A stretch of 64,000 nucleotides of DNA from an uncultured Candidatus Rokubacteria bacterium (lineage in GTDB: Bacteria > Methylomirabilota > Methylomirabilia > Rokubacteriales > CSP1-6), in NCBI GenBank assembly GCA_963747235.1, contig CAVVEU010000013.1:288001-352000 (forward strand). The letters run 5' to 3'. The notes beneath the pieces were generated by a model. That model saw nothing but the letters and a program-made list of their open reading frames with translations. It was not told the DNA's origin and did no database searches. The translations under genes and the position numbers were made by a program. Each line of letters begins with the position of its first letter. Positions within the stretch are counted from its first letter, which is position 1. Positions 8,856 through 22,080 of the stretch are shown here, one piece after another.

Positions 8856-9595
8856 CCCCGGGGCTGGCGCGTGGCATGATGGCTCCATGGCGGGGGCGGA
8901 GCGGGCGGTGGGGCTGGCGATCATGGCCAAGGCCCCGCGGGTTGGGGCGGTGAAGACGCGGCTCTGCCCGCCCTTGCGGGCTCCGGAGGCGGCCGAGCTG
9001 GCGCGGTGTTTCTTGCTGGACACCGTGGATCGGGTGCGGGTGGTCGCCGGAGCCCGGCCGATCATGGCGTACGCGCCGGTGGAGGCGCAGGGCCAGTTCG
9101 AGGAGGCCGCGCCCGGCTTCGCGCTGATCGCTCAGCGTGGCGGGGACCTGGGCGAGCGGCAGCTCCACCTGATCGAGGACGTCCTCGGGCTGGGCCTCCA
9201 GGCCGCGCTGGTGATCGGGACGGACTCGCCCACGCTGCCCCGCGAATGCCTGGACGAGGCGGTCAGCCTCGTGATGGCCCCCGACGTGGACGTGGTCCTC
9301 GGCCCCACCGAGGACGGTGGCTACTACTTGATCGGGATGCGCGCGCCCTATCCCGCTCTGTTCGAGCACATGCCCTGGAGCACGCCCACGGTGCTCGGCC
9401 GCACGCTCGAGCGTGCCCAGCGCCTGGGCCTCCGGGTGGCCTGCCTGCCCACGTGGTTCGACGTGGACACCGGCGCCGATCTCGAGCGGCTGCGGGTCGA
9501 GCTGGAGGCGGCGCCGGGCGCCTCGCCCCGTCAGACCCGGGCGTTTCTCGAGCGCCGAATCGTCTGCGCGGTCTCCGTCGTCAAACCCGTCAATC

Positions 9596-12247
<2,652 letters not shown>

Positions 12248-12251
<4 letters not shown>

Positions 12252-12361
12252 GCCGCCTCGCCGTGCTGCCGGTGCGAGGCGTACACTGGAGCGACCTGGG
12301 GGACCCGGAGCGCGTGCTGGCCACGCGGCGACGGACCCAGGCGATGCCGATCCCGGCCTGA
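12248..12361 (+). pseudogene. C-terminal remnant of a mannose-1-phosphate guanylyltransferase-like gene
   Basis: Reads RLAVLPVRGVHWSDLGDPERVL; WSDLG..RVL is typical of the C-terminal part of that family. Confidence 0.45.
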
Positions 12362-12371
12362 GCGATCGAGC

Positions 12372-13079
12372 GTGACGACGCCCGCGCCCGGGGTGGACCA
12401 GGCTCAGCTCGACGGGTTGGCCACGCGGGCCCTGGAGCATGTCCGCGACGGGGCGCTGGTGGGGCTGGGCTCGGGCCGCGCGGCGACCGCGTTCGTCCGG
12501 GCGCTGGGCGCGCGGGTGGCGCGCGGGCTACGGGTTCGTGGCGTGCCCACGTCGGAGGCAACGGCGCGGGTCGCGCGGGAGGTCGGGGTGCCGGTGGTCG
12601 GCCTGGAGGAAGGGATTCTCGACATCACGGTGGACGGGGCGGACGAGGTGGATCCCCATCTCGATCTGATCAAGGGCTATGGCGGCGCGCTCGTGCGGGA
12701 GCGGATCGTGGCGACGGCGTCGCGCCGCCGGATCACCCTGGTGGGCCGCGAGAAGCTGGTGCCCGTGCTCGGCAGCCGCGGTCGCCTGCCGGTCGAGGTG
12801 ATCCCCTTCGCGTGGCCGCTGGCGATGCGCGAGCTGGCCGCGCTGGGCTGCCGGCCGACGCTTCGCACGACCGCCGGGGCGCCGTTCGTGACCGACAACG
12901 GGAACCGGATCGCCGACTGCGCGGTTCGCCCCATCGAGGCACCGGCGGCCTTCGAGCGCGATCTCCGGGCGATCCCAGGCGTCGTGGACACGGGGCTGTT
13001 CCTGGACATGGCCGATCTGGTTCTGGTGGCGGAGGGTGGAGGCATCCGGGAGATGAGGCGAGGAGCGACGAGCGCGTGA
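12372..13079 (+). CDS. rpiA: ribose-5-phosphate isomerase A
   Basis: GLGSG, DGADEVD, IKGYGGAL.RE.IV, LPVEV, TDNGN, PGVVDTGLF. Confidence 0.95.
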   Translation: MTTPAPGVDQAQLDGLATRALEHVRDGALVGLGSGRAATAFVRALGARVARGLRVRGVPTSEATARVAREVGVPVVGLEEGILDITVDGADEVDPHLDLIKGYGGALVRERIVATASRRRITLVGREKLVPVLGSRGRLPVEVIPFAWPLAMRELAALGCRPTLRTTAGAPFVTDNGNRIADCAVRPIEAPAAFERDLRAIPGVVDTGLFLDMADLVLVAEGGGIREMRRGATSA

Positions 13080-13080
13080 T

Positions 13081-13851
13081 TTGGTTCCCGTCCTGGTGAG
13101 GACAATTCGTCGGCTTCCCGACCCGGAAGCGGTGAGCCGGGCGGCGGCGCAGGATCTGGTGGAGCTGGCTCGGGCGGCCATTGCCGACCGCGGCCGCTTC
13201 TGCGTGGCCCTGTCCGGCGGTTCTACACCCCGCCGCATGTACGAGATCCTGGCCGAGTCGCCGCGGTGGGCACAGCTCGACTGGCGGCGCGTCGAGTTCT
13301 TCTGGGGCGACGAGCGCGCGGTCGGGCCGGAGCATCCCGAGTCCAACTACGGCGTGGCGGCCTCCGTGCTGCTGGGCAAGCTGGGCGTGATGCCCGGTCG
13401 GATTCATCGCATCCAGGGTGAGTTGGCGGATCCGGAGGAGGCGGCAGCCCGGTACCAGGACGAGCTCAGCCGGGTCTTCGCGATCCCCGAAGATGGCCTG
13501 CCCCCGATCTTCGACCTGATCTTCCTCGGCATGGGGGGCGACGGCCACACCGCGTCGCTGTTCCCGTACAGCCAGGCCCTCACCGAGCGACGGCGCTGGG
13601 TGGTGGGCTATACCGTGGCCCGCATCGGCAAGACGCGCATCACGATGACGCCCCCGATCCTCAACCGGGCGGCTGAGATCCGCCTGCTGGTCACGGGCGC
13701 CGACAAGGCCGCCTCGCTGCGCGAGGCCCTGGAGGGTCCACGGGAGCCCGAGCGCCTCCCGGTGCAGCTCGTGGCCCCCGAGGCCGGACGGCTCGTGTGG
13801 CTGGTGGACCGGGCCGCGGCGGCCCAGCTCAGCCCGGATCGGAGCGCCTGA
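13081..13851 (+). CDS. pgl: 6-phosphogluconolactonase
   Basis: ALSGGSTP, FWGDER, SNY, LGMG.DGHTASLFP, RITMT; start uncertain. Confidence 0.95.
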   Translation: MVPVLVRTIRRLPDPEAVSRAAAQDLVELARAAIADRGRFCVALSGGSTPRRMYEILAESPRWAQLDWRRVEFFWGDERAVGPEHPESNYGVAASVLLGKLGVMPGRIHRIQGELADPEEAAARYQDELSRVFAIPEDGLPPIFDLIFLGMGGDGHTASLFPYSQALTERRRWVVGYTVARIGKTRITMTPPILNRAAEIRLLVTGADKAASLREALEGPREPERLPVQLVAPEAGRLVWLVDRAAAAQLSPDRSA

Positions 13852-14026
13852 AGGCGCCGCCGCGGGTCAGCCGAGATCGTGGAGCAAGCGAGCCCCGCCG
13901 CCGACTCGCCCGATTGAAGGCGCCGCCGCGGGTCAGCCGAGATCGTGGAGCAAGCGAGCCCCGCCGCCGACTCGCCCGATTGAAGGCGCCGCCGCGGGTC
14001 AGCCGAGATCGTGGAGCAAGCGAGCC
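13849..14026. repeat. perfect 66-bp tandem repeat, 2.7 copies
   Basis: TGAAGGCGCC...GCGAGCC (46 bp) starts at 13849, 13915, 13981, separated by identical 20-bp CCGCCGCCGACTCGCCCGAT. Confidence 0.95.
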
Positions 14027-15480
14027 GTAGTCAGGATGCCCTGGTACAGGTGATCCAGGCGCAGGTGCTCATTGGGGCTGTGCTGGCGGTTGTTGGCGTT
14101 GGCGTAGGGCACCACGATGGTGGGCAGCTTCAGGATGTCGGTGAAGGCCCAGAGCGGCACGCTGCCGCCCATGGTGGGCAGGACCACCGCCGGCTCCCCG
14201 CCGTGCGCGCGCTCCACCGCCTCGATGACCTGCCGCGAGATGGGCAGATCGGCGGCGGTCTTGGCGGGATCGTAGCCCCGCCGCTCCACGACCCGGACGG
14301 CCCGCCCACGTAGCTCGTCCGGGATCGGCGCATCGGCCGACTCGATCACCGTGAAGCCCTGGCCCCGGATGTGCTCGAGGATCCGCCGATATACCACGTC
14401 CACCCGCTGATTCTTCACGAGCCGGGCGTCGAAGGCCACGGTGGCCTGGCTCGGGATGATGGTCTGCGCTTCCTGACCGGTGAAGCCGCTCTTGAGCCCG
14501 CGGATGGTGAGCGTGGAGCGGAACATGAGCCGCTCCAGGTACTCGGACGGCAAGGTCACGCCGAGCTCCCGCTCGATCGCGGCGCGGTCGAGCGGTATGC
14601 GGCCCATCAGCTCACGCTCGGCGGCGGTGGGCGGGGCCACGCCCTCCTCGAGGCCTTCGACGAGCGGCGTTCCGTCCGGCGCGGCCATCGACGCGAGCAG
14701 GCCGACCAGTCGCCAGGCCGGGTTCGGGACGCTGAAGTTCCCGGAGTGCACGTCGCGCCGGGCCGTCTCGAGCGTCAACTCCAGCGAAAGGATGCCGCGC
14801 GCGCCGAAGGCCACCGTGGGTCGCCCGCTCGCGTCCTTGGGGCCGTCCATCACCAGCGCGACGTCGGCCGCCAGGAGATCACGGTGCCGCTCGGTGAAGG
14901 AGCCGAAGTGGGTGCTGCCCATCTCCTCCTCTCCGTCGAAGATGAACTTGAGCGCCACCCGGGGCGCGATGCCCTGGGCGCGCATGAGCTCCAGGGCCGT
15001 GAGATGGGCCCAGATGGGCCCCTTGTCGTCGGAAGCCCCCCGGGCGTAGAGCCGGTGCTCGGGCAGGAGGTCGTCGGCCACGTCGGCCAGGCCCAGGATC
15101 GGTGCTCCCTCCTCCGCCGTCCCGCGCCGCAGCACCGGCTCGAAGGGCGAGGGCTGAAGCCACCCCGCCGGGGGGGCGGGTTTCACGTCGAAGTGACAGT
15201 AGATCAGCACCGTGCGGCGCGCCCCGGGGAGGGGCAAGGAGCCGTACACGGCAGGATTGCCCCCTGTTTCCATGACCTGGGCATCGAGGCCTCGCGCCGT
15301 CATGGCCTGCGCCAGCCACGCGCCACCGGCCCGAACGCCTTCCGGGTTCTGGCTCACCGTATCGAGGCGCAGGAACCCGGCCAGCCCCTCCATGATGGCC
15401 CGACGACGGTCCACGATCGCGCGCTGCAGGCCGGCCCAGCCCGCGTCATCCATGGCCGTCGGCTGGGTGGGCGTAGTCAC
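13999..15480 (-). CDS. M20/M25/M40 family metallo-hydrolase (dipeptidase/deacylase)
   Basis: YCHFDV, ARGASDDKGP, DGEEEMGS, HSGN, GGSVP, QHSPNE. Confidence 0.92.
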   Translation of the reverse strand: MTTPTQPTAMDDAGWAGLQRAIVDRRRAIMEGLAGFLRLDTVSQNPEGVRAGGAWLAQAMTARGLDAQVMETGGNPAVYGSLPLPGARRTVLIYCHFDVKPAPPAGWLQPSPFEPVLRRGTAEEGAPILGLADVADDLLPEHRLYARGASDDKGPIWAHLTALELMRAQGIAPRVALKFIFDGEEEMGSTHFGSFTERHRDLLAADVALVMDGPKDASGRPTVAFGARGILSLELTLETARRDVHSGNFSVPNPAWRLVGLLASMAAPDGTPLVEGLEEGVAPPTAAERELMGRIPLDRAAIERELGVTLPSEYLERLMFRSTLTIRGLKSGFTGQEAQTIIPSQATVAFDARLVKNQRVDVVYRRILEHIRGQGFTVIESADAPIPDELRGRAVRVVERRGYDPAKTAADLPISRQVIEAVERAHGGEPAVVLPTMGGSVPLWAFTDILKLPTIVVPYANANNRQHSPNEHLRLDHLYQGILTTARLLHDLG

Positions 15481-15596
15481 GGGCTTACCTTACCCGCCGA
15501 GGATGCGCCCCGTACCAGGTTTTTGGCACATGTCTGGAAAGTTGGACTCTCCGGGCCCCTTCTCGGTACATTAGCGGCTCACGTGACGGCCTGATC

Positions 15597-17255
15597 ATGC
15601 CCCCCACTCGAGATCGCTCCATGAAGAGGCGCCGCGCGTTCCTGGCGGTGGTGATGATCCTCGACCTCTGCCTGGCAAACGCCTGCTTCCTGGCGGGGGC
15701 GGTGGTGACGCCGGCGGTGGCCCAGCAGTCCGAGGCCGACGTGTTCGTCGCGCAGGCCATCCTGGCCTATGATGCCCGGAAGTACGACGAGGCGCTGGCC
15801 CTGCTGAACGACGCGCTGGCCCTGGACCCCAAGAACGTGGAGGCGCTCTACTACTCCGGCCTGGTCCTGATGGCCCAGCAGAAGACCGAGCAGGCGGTGG
15901 AGGTGCTGGAGAAGGCCCGGGCGCTCGCGCCGCGCGACCTGTCGATCCTGTTCCTCCTGGGCGTGGCCTATTTCGCCCTCGAGCGCTACGACCAGGCCGA
16001 GAGCCCGTTGACGCAGGTGTTCAACGAGCGGCCCCAGACCGAAGGCATCGGCTACTACGTCGGGCTGATCCGCTACCGTAAGAAGGACTACCAGGGCGCG
16101 CTCAGGGCGTTCCGGGCCGAGACCTCGAAGAACCCGAACATCCAGCAGCTCGTGCGGTTCTACTCGGGGCTGACGCTCGCGATCCTGGGGCTTCCGGAGC
16201 AGGCGGTGGCGGAGGTGGACGCCGCTCTCCGGCTGCAGACCGGCTCCGCGCTCACCGGACCGGCCGAGCGCATCCGCGACTCGCTGGCCTCCGCGCGGGA
16301 TTCGGAGCGGCGCTTCCACGCCGACGTCCGGGTGGGCTTCCTCTACGACAGCAACGTGGCGGTGGTGCCGCAGCCGAGCCACGACCCGACCGCGGAGTCG
16401 CTTCGCCGGCGCAAGCACGCCACCACGGGCGAGATCGCCGCGCTGCGGCTCGAGTACGCGTGGCTGCGCACCGGTCCGTGGGAGTCCAGTGTCACGTACT
16501 CGTTCTTCCAGACGTACAACAACGCGCTGCCGGACTTCAACGTGCAGAACCACCTGGTGGCGGGTGCCCTGTCCTACCGCGCGGCCATCGGGTCCATGCC
16601 GTTCCAGGTCGGCACCCAGTACTCGTGGGACTACCTCTCGCTCGGCAACGACGACTTCCTGCAGCGTCACACCGCCACTGTCTTCGGCACCCTGGTCGAG
16701 AACCAGGGCAACCTGACCACCGTCCTGGGGCGGTTCCAGAACAAGGATTTCTACGCGTCGGTGGGGCAGCTCCTCGACGAGGATCGCGACGCGCGGAACT
16801 GGATGGTCGGCCTGACTCACGTCTTCCGCTTCGCGCAGGACAAGCACTACATCCGGGTGGGCTACCAGTTCGACTACGAAAAGGCGGACGGGCGGAACTT
16901 CAGCTACGCGGGCAATCGCTTCCTGGCCGGCGGGCAGTACACGCTGCCCTGGGGCTCCACGCGGCTCAAGTACGACTTCGACCTGCACCAGCGGCACTAC
17001 CTGCACGCCAACACGCTGCTGCCGGTGGCGAACCCGAGCACGCGCGAGCGGGAAGACTTCGAGCAGAACCACGTGGTGCGGGTGGAGCAGGTGCTGGCCG
17101 CGAACATCGGGCCCGCCTCCATCGGGTGCGCGTCGAACGCGCCGTGTCCGCTGACGCTGGCCGCCGAGTACCAGCGGACCGTCGCGGACTCGAACCTGGC
17201 AGTGTACGGCTACAACCGGAACGTCTGGTCGCTCACCCTCTCCTGGCAGTACTGA
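15597..17255 (+). CDS. TPR-repeat plus C-terminal outer-membrane beta-barrel protein (Slam/DUF560-like)
   Basis: Signal peptide, several TPRs, YDSNV barrel-entry motif, alternating aromatic strands, C-terminal beta-signal LTLSWQY. Confidence 0.7.
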   Translation: MPPTRDRSMKRRRAFLAVVMILDLCLANACFLAGAVVTPAVAQQSEADVFVAQAILAYDARKYDEALALLNDALALDPKNVEALYYSGLVLMAQQKTEQAVEVLEKARALAPRDLSILFLLGVAYFALERYDQAESPLTQVFNERPQTEGIGYYVGLIRYRKKDYQGALRAFRAETSKNPNIQQLVRFYSGLTLAILGLPEQAVAEVDAALRLQTGSALTGPAERIRDSLASARDSERRFHADVRVGFLYDSNVAVVPQPSHDPTAESLRRRKHATTGEIAALRLEYAWLRTGPWESSVTYSFFQTYNNALPDFNVQNHLVAGALSYRAAIGSMPFQVGTQYSWDYLSLGNDDFLQRHTATVFGTLVENQGNLTTVLGRFQNKDFYASVGQLLDEDRDARNWMVGLTHVFRFAQDKHYIRVGYQFDYEKADGRNFSYAGNRFLAGGQYTLPWGSTRLKYDFDLHQRHYLHANTLLPVANPSTREREDFEQNHVVRVEQVLAANIGPASIGCASNAPCPLTLAAEYQRTVADSNLAVYGYNRNVWSLTLSWQY

Positions 17256-17269
17256 GGTCCCGTACCGCC

Positions 17270-19138
17270 CTACAGCCCCTGCTTGACCTGCGCGCCGCCG
17301 GTGACGCTGATCACCGCCGAGCCCGGCGCGATCTGCAGCGTGTTGCCGGCCAGGTTCACGATCGGGCTACTGCCCAGGTTGATGGTCCCGCCGCCCGCCA
17401 CGAAGACCGGCAGGTTGCCGATCATGGAACATCCCCCGTTGCCGCAGAGGCCGTTGGTGATCGAGAGCGTGTTGCCGGTGCCGATGAAGTTGATGAGCGC
17501 GCCGGTGATGTTGAGGGTCGAGCCGCCCGAGAGGCTCAGGAGCGCGCCGTTGGTCAGGGTCAGCGTGCTACCGCCGGCGAGGCGGAAGAGATCGCCGGCC
17601 ACCGACAGGGTCGCGCCGCCGGAGAGGCTCAGCGCGTGGCCCTTGATGGTGAGGCTGCTGGCGGTCAGCGCGGTCATCTGACCGAGCTTCACCGCCGCGC
17701 CGTTTGAGAGCTCGACCAGGCTGCGGTCGGTGGTCAGGGCCGCGCGCTGGGTCAGGCTGAGGAGCGGGGCGCTGGCGCTGACCAGGTCCATGACCGCCCC
17801 GCCACTGACCGAGAGCAGGCTGCCCGCGGCGCTGGCGCTCGAGCCGACGAGGTCTACCAGGGCGGAAGCGCCGCTACCGAGGAGGCTGGCGCCGCCCGCG
17901 ATCTGCACCATGTCGGAGGCGAGGCCGAGTCCGCCGTTCTGATCGTGGAACAGGGTGCCGGTAAGGCTGAAGGTGGCTCCGCCGCCCAGCGTCAGCAGGC
18001 TGGCCGCGCTCAGCTTCGAGGGGTCGAGGTAGAGGAGCGGGGCGGTCCCGCTGCTTGCGAACGTGGCGCCGCCCGTCACGTCCATCAGGCTCTGGCCGAC
18101 GCTCAGGGAGCTGCCGATCGCCTCGAGGATCGGCACGGTGGGGGTGTCGGTCTGCCCCGCGGTCAGCGAGTAGAGACTGCCGCGCGCGGTCACGGCTTGG
18201 CCGTTGTAGGAAAGCCGCGCCTGACCTGTGGGGCCGGCGGTCGGAGTGGGTGGCGGGCTGCCCGGCAAGGTCGAGGCGACGAGCGCAACGACCGGCGTGT
18301 CCGTGATGCCCGGCGTCCCGTTGCCCTGCGCGCTCGGGGGCGGGGCCGAGGCGCTGTCGCCGCCCGCACCCGCGCCGGCCATCTCCGGGGCCAGGAACTC
18401 GGCCACCGCGAGCGCCTTCGCCTGCTCGTGCGAGGTGACGCTGGCCATGAACTCCGCCGGCCCTTCGGCGATCTGGGGCGCCGAGCGGAGGTCGGCGAAG
18501 ACCTGTGCGGCCGCGGTGGGCGACAGCGGCATTTGCGAGAAGGGCTCGCTCCCGGTGCGGCTCCAGCTCTGGAGCGTGCCGACCTGGGCCGGGGCGGCGC
18601 CCGGATTGTTCGGGTCGGACACCTCCACGAGGCCGTGCAGGACGTGGACCTTGGTCGTGTAATTCGGCTGGCCGGGTGAGCCGCCCGGCGCGGGGATCAG
18701 CTCGACCACCAGGACCGTCCCGCGAATTGCCGCGATCGCGTTCGGGGTGCGGATCTCGATCACCTCGCCGGGACGCATGCGCTGCCGCACGACTCCCATC
18801 GCGATCTTGCCCGAGGTGAGATCGACGGTGGAGCGGCCGGTCTCTTCCTTGATCGTGAGGGACGAGAGCTCGCGCACCGTCACGAGCGCCTTGCCGCCGA
18901 GGAGCACGCGCACCACCGACTTCTCGGCGGTGGCGATGTGATCCCGCATGAAGACGTTGTCTTTGAAGTGCAGGGGCTGGGGAGTGGGCAGGGCGGCGCG
19001 GGCCACCGTCACCGTACCGGCCAGCGTCGTGACGACACCGACGCCCCGGCCGCCGTCGCCCGCGGTCTGAGCCAGGGCGATGCTCGGCCACACGGCGAGT
19101 AGCAGGGCCACCCGGGTCACACGCACCAGCCATCTCAT
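17270..19138 (-). CDS. secreted FecR-domain protein with Gly/Ser/Leu-rich repeat (beta-helix-like) C-terminus
   Basis: Signal peptide (ALA/Q), FecR-like VGVVTTLAG...IRTPNAIAAIRGT...VLHGLVEV, Pro-rich linker, LxLxGG repeats. Confidence 0.8.
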   Translation of the reverse strand: MRWLVRVTRVALLLAVWPSIALAQTAGDGGRGVGVVTTLAGTVTVARAALPTPQPLHFKDNVFMRDHIATAEKSVVRVLLGGKALVTVRELSSLTIKEETGRSTVDLTSGKIAMGVVRQRMRPGEVIEIRTPNAIAAIRGTVLVVELIPAPGGSPGQPNYTTKVHVLHGLVEVSDPNNPGAAPAQVGTLQSWSRTGSEPFSQMPLSPTAAAQVFADLRSAPQIAEGPAEFMASVTSHEQAKALAVAEFLAPEMAGAGAGGDSASAPPPSAQGNGTPGITDTPVVALVASTLPGSPPPTPTAGPTGQARLSYNGQAVTARGSLYSLTAGQTDTPTVPILEAIGSSLSVGQSLMDVTGGATFASSGTAPLLYLDPSKLSAASLLTLGGGATFSLTGTLFHDQNGGLGLASDMVQIAGGASLLGSGASALVDLVGSSASAAGSLLSVSGGAVMDLVSASAPLLSLTQRAALTTDRSLVELSNGAAVKLGQMTALTASSLTIKGHALSLSGGATLSVAGDLFRLAGGSTLTLTNGALLSLSGGSTLNITGALINFIGTGNTLSITNGLCGNGGCSMIGNLPVFVAGGGTINLGSSPIVNLAGNTLQIAPGSAVISVTGGAQVKQGL

Positions 19139-19200
19139 CGCGATCAGTCCTCCGTGCAGGGGTTGCGTGGCGGCGCATAACGCGCCCGCCAGTAAGAGTT

Positions 19201-19216
19201 AGCAAGGCGTCTGCCA
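19201..19216 (-). promoter_or_regulatory. sigma54 promoter of first FecR-domain gene
   Basis: Minus strand TGGCAGACGCCTTGCT, 12-nt GG/GC spacing. Confidence 0.65.
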
Positions 19217-19283
19217 GAAGGGAGGGCTCGGAACCTGGCGGAAGATCAGGCGAAGGGGAGCTGCGGGATCCGGGGCGCTCTTC

Positions 19284-19324
19284 AAAACATGACGGGCCTC
19301 CGACGGATTTCGTCGGAGGCCCGT
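19284..19324 (-). terminator. intrinsic terminator after second FecR-domain gene
   Basis: 14-bp perfect stem ACGGGCCTCCGACG/CGTCGGAGGCCCGT, 5-nt loop, then CATGTTTT on minus strand. Confidence 0.7.
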
Positions 19325-19351
19325 GTTCGCCCCGGAACGAGCGGAGCCAGT

Positions 19352-21870
19352 CTACAGCCCGCTGATCGTGACCTTGGTCGTGGCGCCATCCACGCGAATC
19401 AGCGCGGCGTTGGGCGAGAGATTGACGGTCCCGAGCCCGCCGTTCTTGATCGCGCCGTTGATGCTCACGTTGCTGGCGAGGGCGCCGCCGGTCAGGCTGA
19501 CCGGGATGCCGCCGATCGTGGTGCACGGGCAGAAGCTGTTGGTCACGGAGACCAGGTTGCCGCCGCTGCCGCCGAAACCGATCAGGCCGCCGTTGACGCT
19601 CAGGATCGACCCGCCGGTCAAGCTCACGAGCGAGCCGTTGAGCACACTGAGGCTGCTCCCGTTTGTCAGGCTGAAGAGATCGCCGGTTACCCGGAGGACG
19701 CTGCCGCCCGCCAGGCTGAGTGCGGCCCCATTGGCCACGGTCAGTGCGCTCCGGTCGAGCTTCACGATCGAACCCAGGCTCGTGACCTTGGCCTGATAGG
19801 AGAGCTGGACGGTGTCGGCCGCGGTCGTGAGCTTGCTGCCGTTGGTGAGCACTAGCAGTGGTGCCGTCGCCTCGAGCAGCGCGGTGTCGACGCGCACGCC
19901 CTGATGGGCGTTGACGGTGGCATTGGAGGTCTCGAAGAGCGGTCCCGCGGTCTGAAGCGGCCGGCCGGTGCCGAGCGTGAGGCCGGTCTCGGCATCGATC
20001 CCGAGTCGTTATCCCGGAGAGGTCGAAGATGGGTAACCCGATGCTGCCGAAGTTGTGGCTGCCGCCCTGGAGATAGACGAGCGGATCGGTCGAGGTACTC
20101 GTCAGGGTCCCGCCCTGGATGAGGGTGACGAGGCTGAACGGCACGGTCGAGGTCGCTGTCGTTGGCGCGGAGGAGCGGGCCGGCCAGCGTGGCCCTGCCA
20201 CCGCAGCACACCGCGATGAGGGAGTCGAAGGCCTGGGGCTGATTGACGAGCTGGACGAGCGGACGCCGTTCCCGGACTGTTGAGGGTGGTGCCGGCACCC
20301 ACGAAGTAGAGCTGGAGGATCGGCGAAGACTTCCACCTGATCCAGCAGGGCGGCGGATTGCACCGACTGGTCGGTGACGTCTCCGACTTGAGCGGTGTAG
20401 GTGGCCTGCCCGGCCGTGCTCGGCACCCAGTTCAGGGTGAAGGTCTTGAAGCCGGTCACGCCGGTACCCTGACCGGTCGTGAAGCCGCCCGCGTTCGCGG
20501 TCTGCGGAGAGACCGTCGAGGATGTGAAGGACGTGTTACGTCGCTCGAGAGCCAGGACCTGCGTGTTCCCGGCCGGATCCGCGACCGACAGCTCGAGGCG
20601 GTCGTCATAGATCGTGGGCTGGCTGGGGAACTCGTTGCTGAAGAAGTTGTACGTGGTCTTGATCACGTACAGCGTGTTCCCGGTGACCGCGAACGACTGC
20701 GTGAGCTTGCTCGAGTCGGTGTATGCGGGGAGCGCCGGATTGAGCGAAGGCCCGAGACCGCCACCCTGCAAGGCACCGATCGAGCTGTAGATGAGGCCCA
20801 TGGCCTGGCCCGCGGGTGGGGCCACCGTTCCGAGACCCGCGATGGTTCCGCCCTGTCCGGTGAGGTTCCAGCCCTGGAGGCCGCTCTCGAAGCCGCCGTT
20901 CACGAGCAGATTCGGTCCCTGCGTCGTGCCGCCGGCGTCCGCCGGTCCGACTGCCACCGGTCCCGCCACTGCCACCGGTCGCCAGCCACCGGTCCCGCGA
21001 CTGCTGGGCCGGCGTGCTCCCGGTCCCGCCAGTGCCCCGCTGGTTCGACCCGTATCTTGATCTCCTGCGGGGTCGTGCCCGTGAGTGCGTTGTGACCATG
21101 ATTCCAACGGTTCCGGTGCCACCTGACGTTCCGGTACCGCTGGAGTTGCAGGATCCGTCACGCGTTCCGGTGTTCACGAACTGGGCGACCATGCGTGGCC
21201 TGGTTCGTCTGCACCTGAATGAGCGCGCTCTGGAGGCTCTCGGGCACCGACGTGAACGTGGGGGTGCCCGTCCGGAAGCCGAAGGCTCCGTTCAGGTCGC
21301 TCGCGGTGGCCGGAGTGGGGGGCTCCAGGTTCCTGCCACGTCTGCCCGACCGGGAGCGGACCGAGGTTTTGGCTATCGGGCCCGCGCAGGCAATCGCCCG
21401 GCGCCGCAGATGGTGACGGTGTAGTTCTGGGCCGCGTTGCGCTCGACCGAAATGATGCTGCCGCGCACCGCGGCCACCGCGTTCGGGGTGCGGATCTCGA
21501 TGGACTCGCCGGGGCGCATCCGCTTCTTGTCGACGGCGAGGACCACCTTGCCGTCGGGGAGGGTGACCACCGCGCGGCCCGGCTCTTCGCTGATCGTGAC
21601 CTGGGAGAGTTCACGCAAGGTGAGGATGGCCTTGCCGCCCAGCAGCACGCGCACGAGGGAGTTCTCCTGCGTGCTGATGCGGTCGCGGCCGAACACGTCG
21701 TCCTTGAACTTGATGGCGAGCGGGGTCGGCAACGCGGAGCGGGCCACCGTGGCGCGGCCGTCGATCGTCGTGACGATACCGACGGCGTCCGAGCTCTGCG
21801 CCGCGACAGGAGGCGGAAGAAGTGATGCTGCCATAGCCGCCGCCACTACCATCCACGTCCACCGTCTCAT
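19352..21870 (-). CDS. second large secreted FecR-domain protein (several frameshifts) with CBM-like NGGFE domain and repeat C-terminus
   Basis: N-terminus MRRWTWMVV...VGIVTTIDG...IRTPNAVAAVRGS paralogous to 17270..19138; NLLVNGGFESGLQGW in middle; C-terminal piece 19352..19897 resembles paralogue C-terminus. Confidence 0.7.
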
Positions 21871-21909
21871 CGTGTGCGCCTCCGTGTTTTGCTCGCGACC
21901 GAGTGACTG

Positions 21910-21938
21910 ATTATGCGTTCCGTGAGGAGCCCGCGCAA
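21910..21938 (-). promoter_or_regulatory. sigma70-type promoter of second FecR-domain gene
   Basis: Minus strand TTGCGC-17 nt-CATAAT. Confidence 0.5.
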
Positions 21939-22080
21939 GAGGAAGCGAGGCGAACATCGCATTCCTCACGAGGGCTCCGTCAGCGCGTCGACATCGCGCA
22001 CATGTTGCGCTCGGATCGCGGCTCGCGCGGCCAGTTGTGGCTCGCGCAGTGGTATAGTCGGAGGCTGAGCGCGCCCACCC

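Noticed and set aside
13849-14026. CRISPR array
   Set aside because: Both 'spacers' are identical, the repeat is gene-derived and no cas genes are present; it is a tandem duplication
15524-15540. sigma54 promoter TGGCAC upstream of TPR-barrel gene
   Set aside because: The -12 position reads GA rather than GC
17270-21870. Classical FecI/FecR/FecA iron-signalling cassette
   Set aside because: No ECF sigma or TonB-dependent receptor; proteins have cleavable signals and long repeat tails
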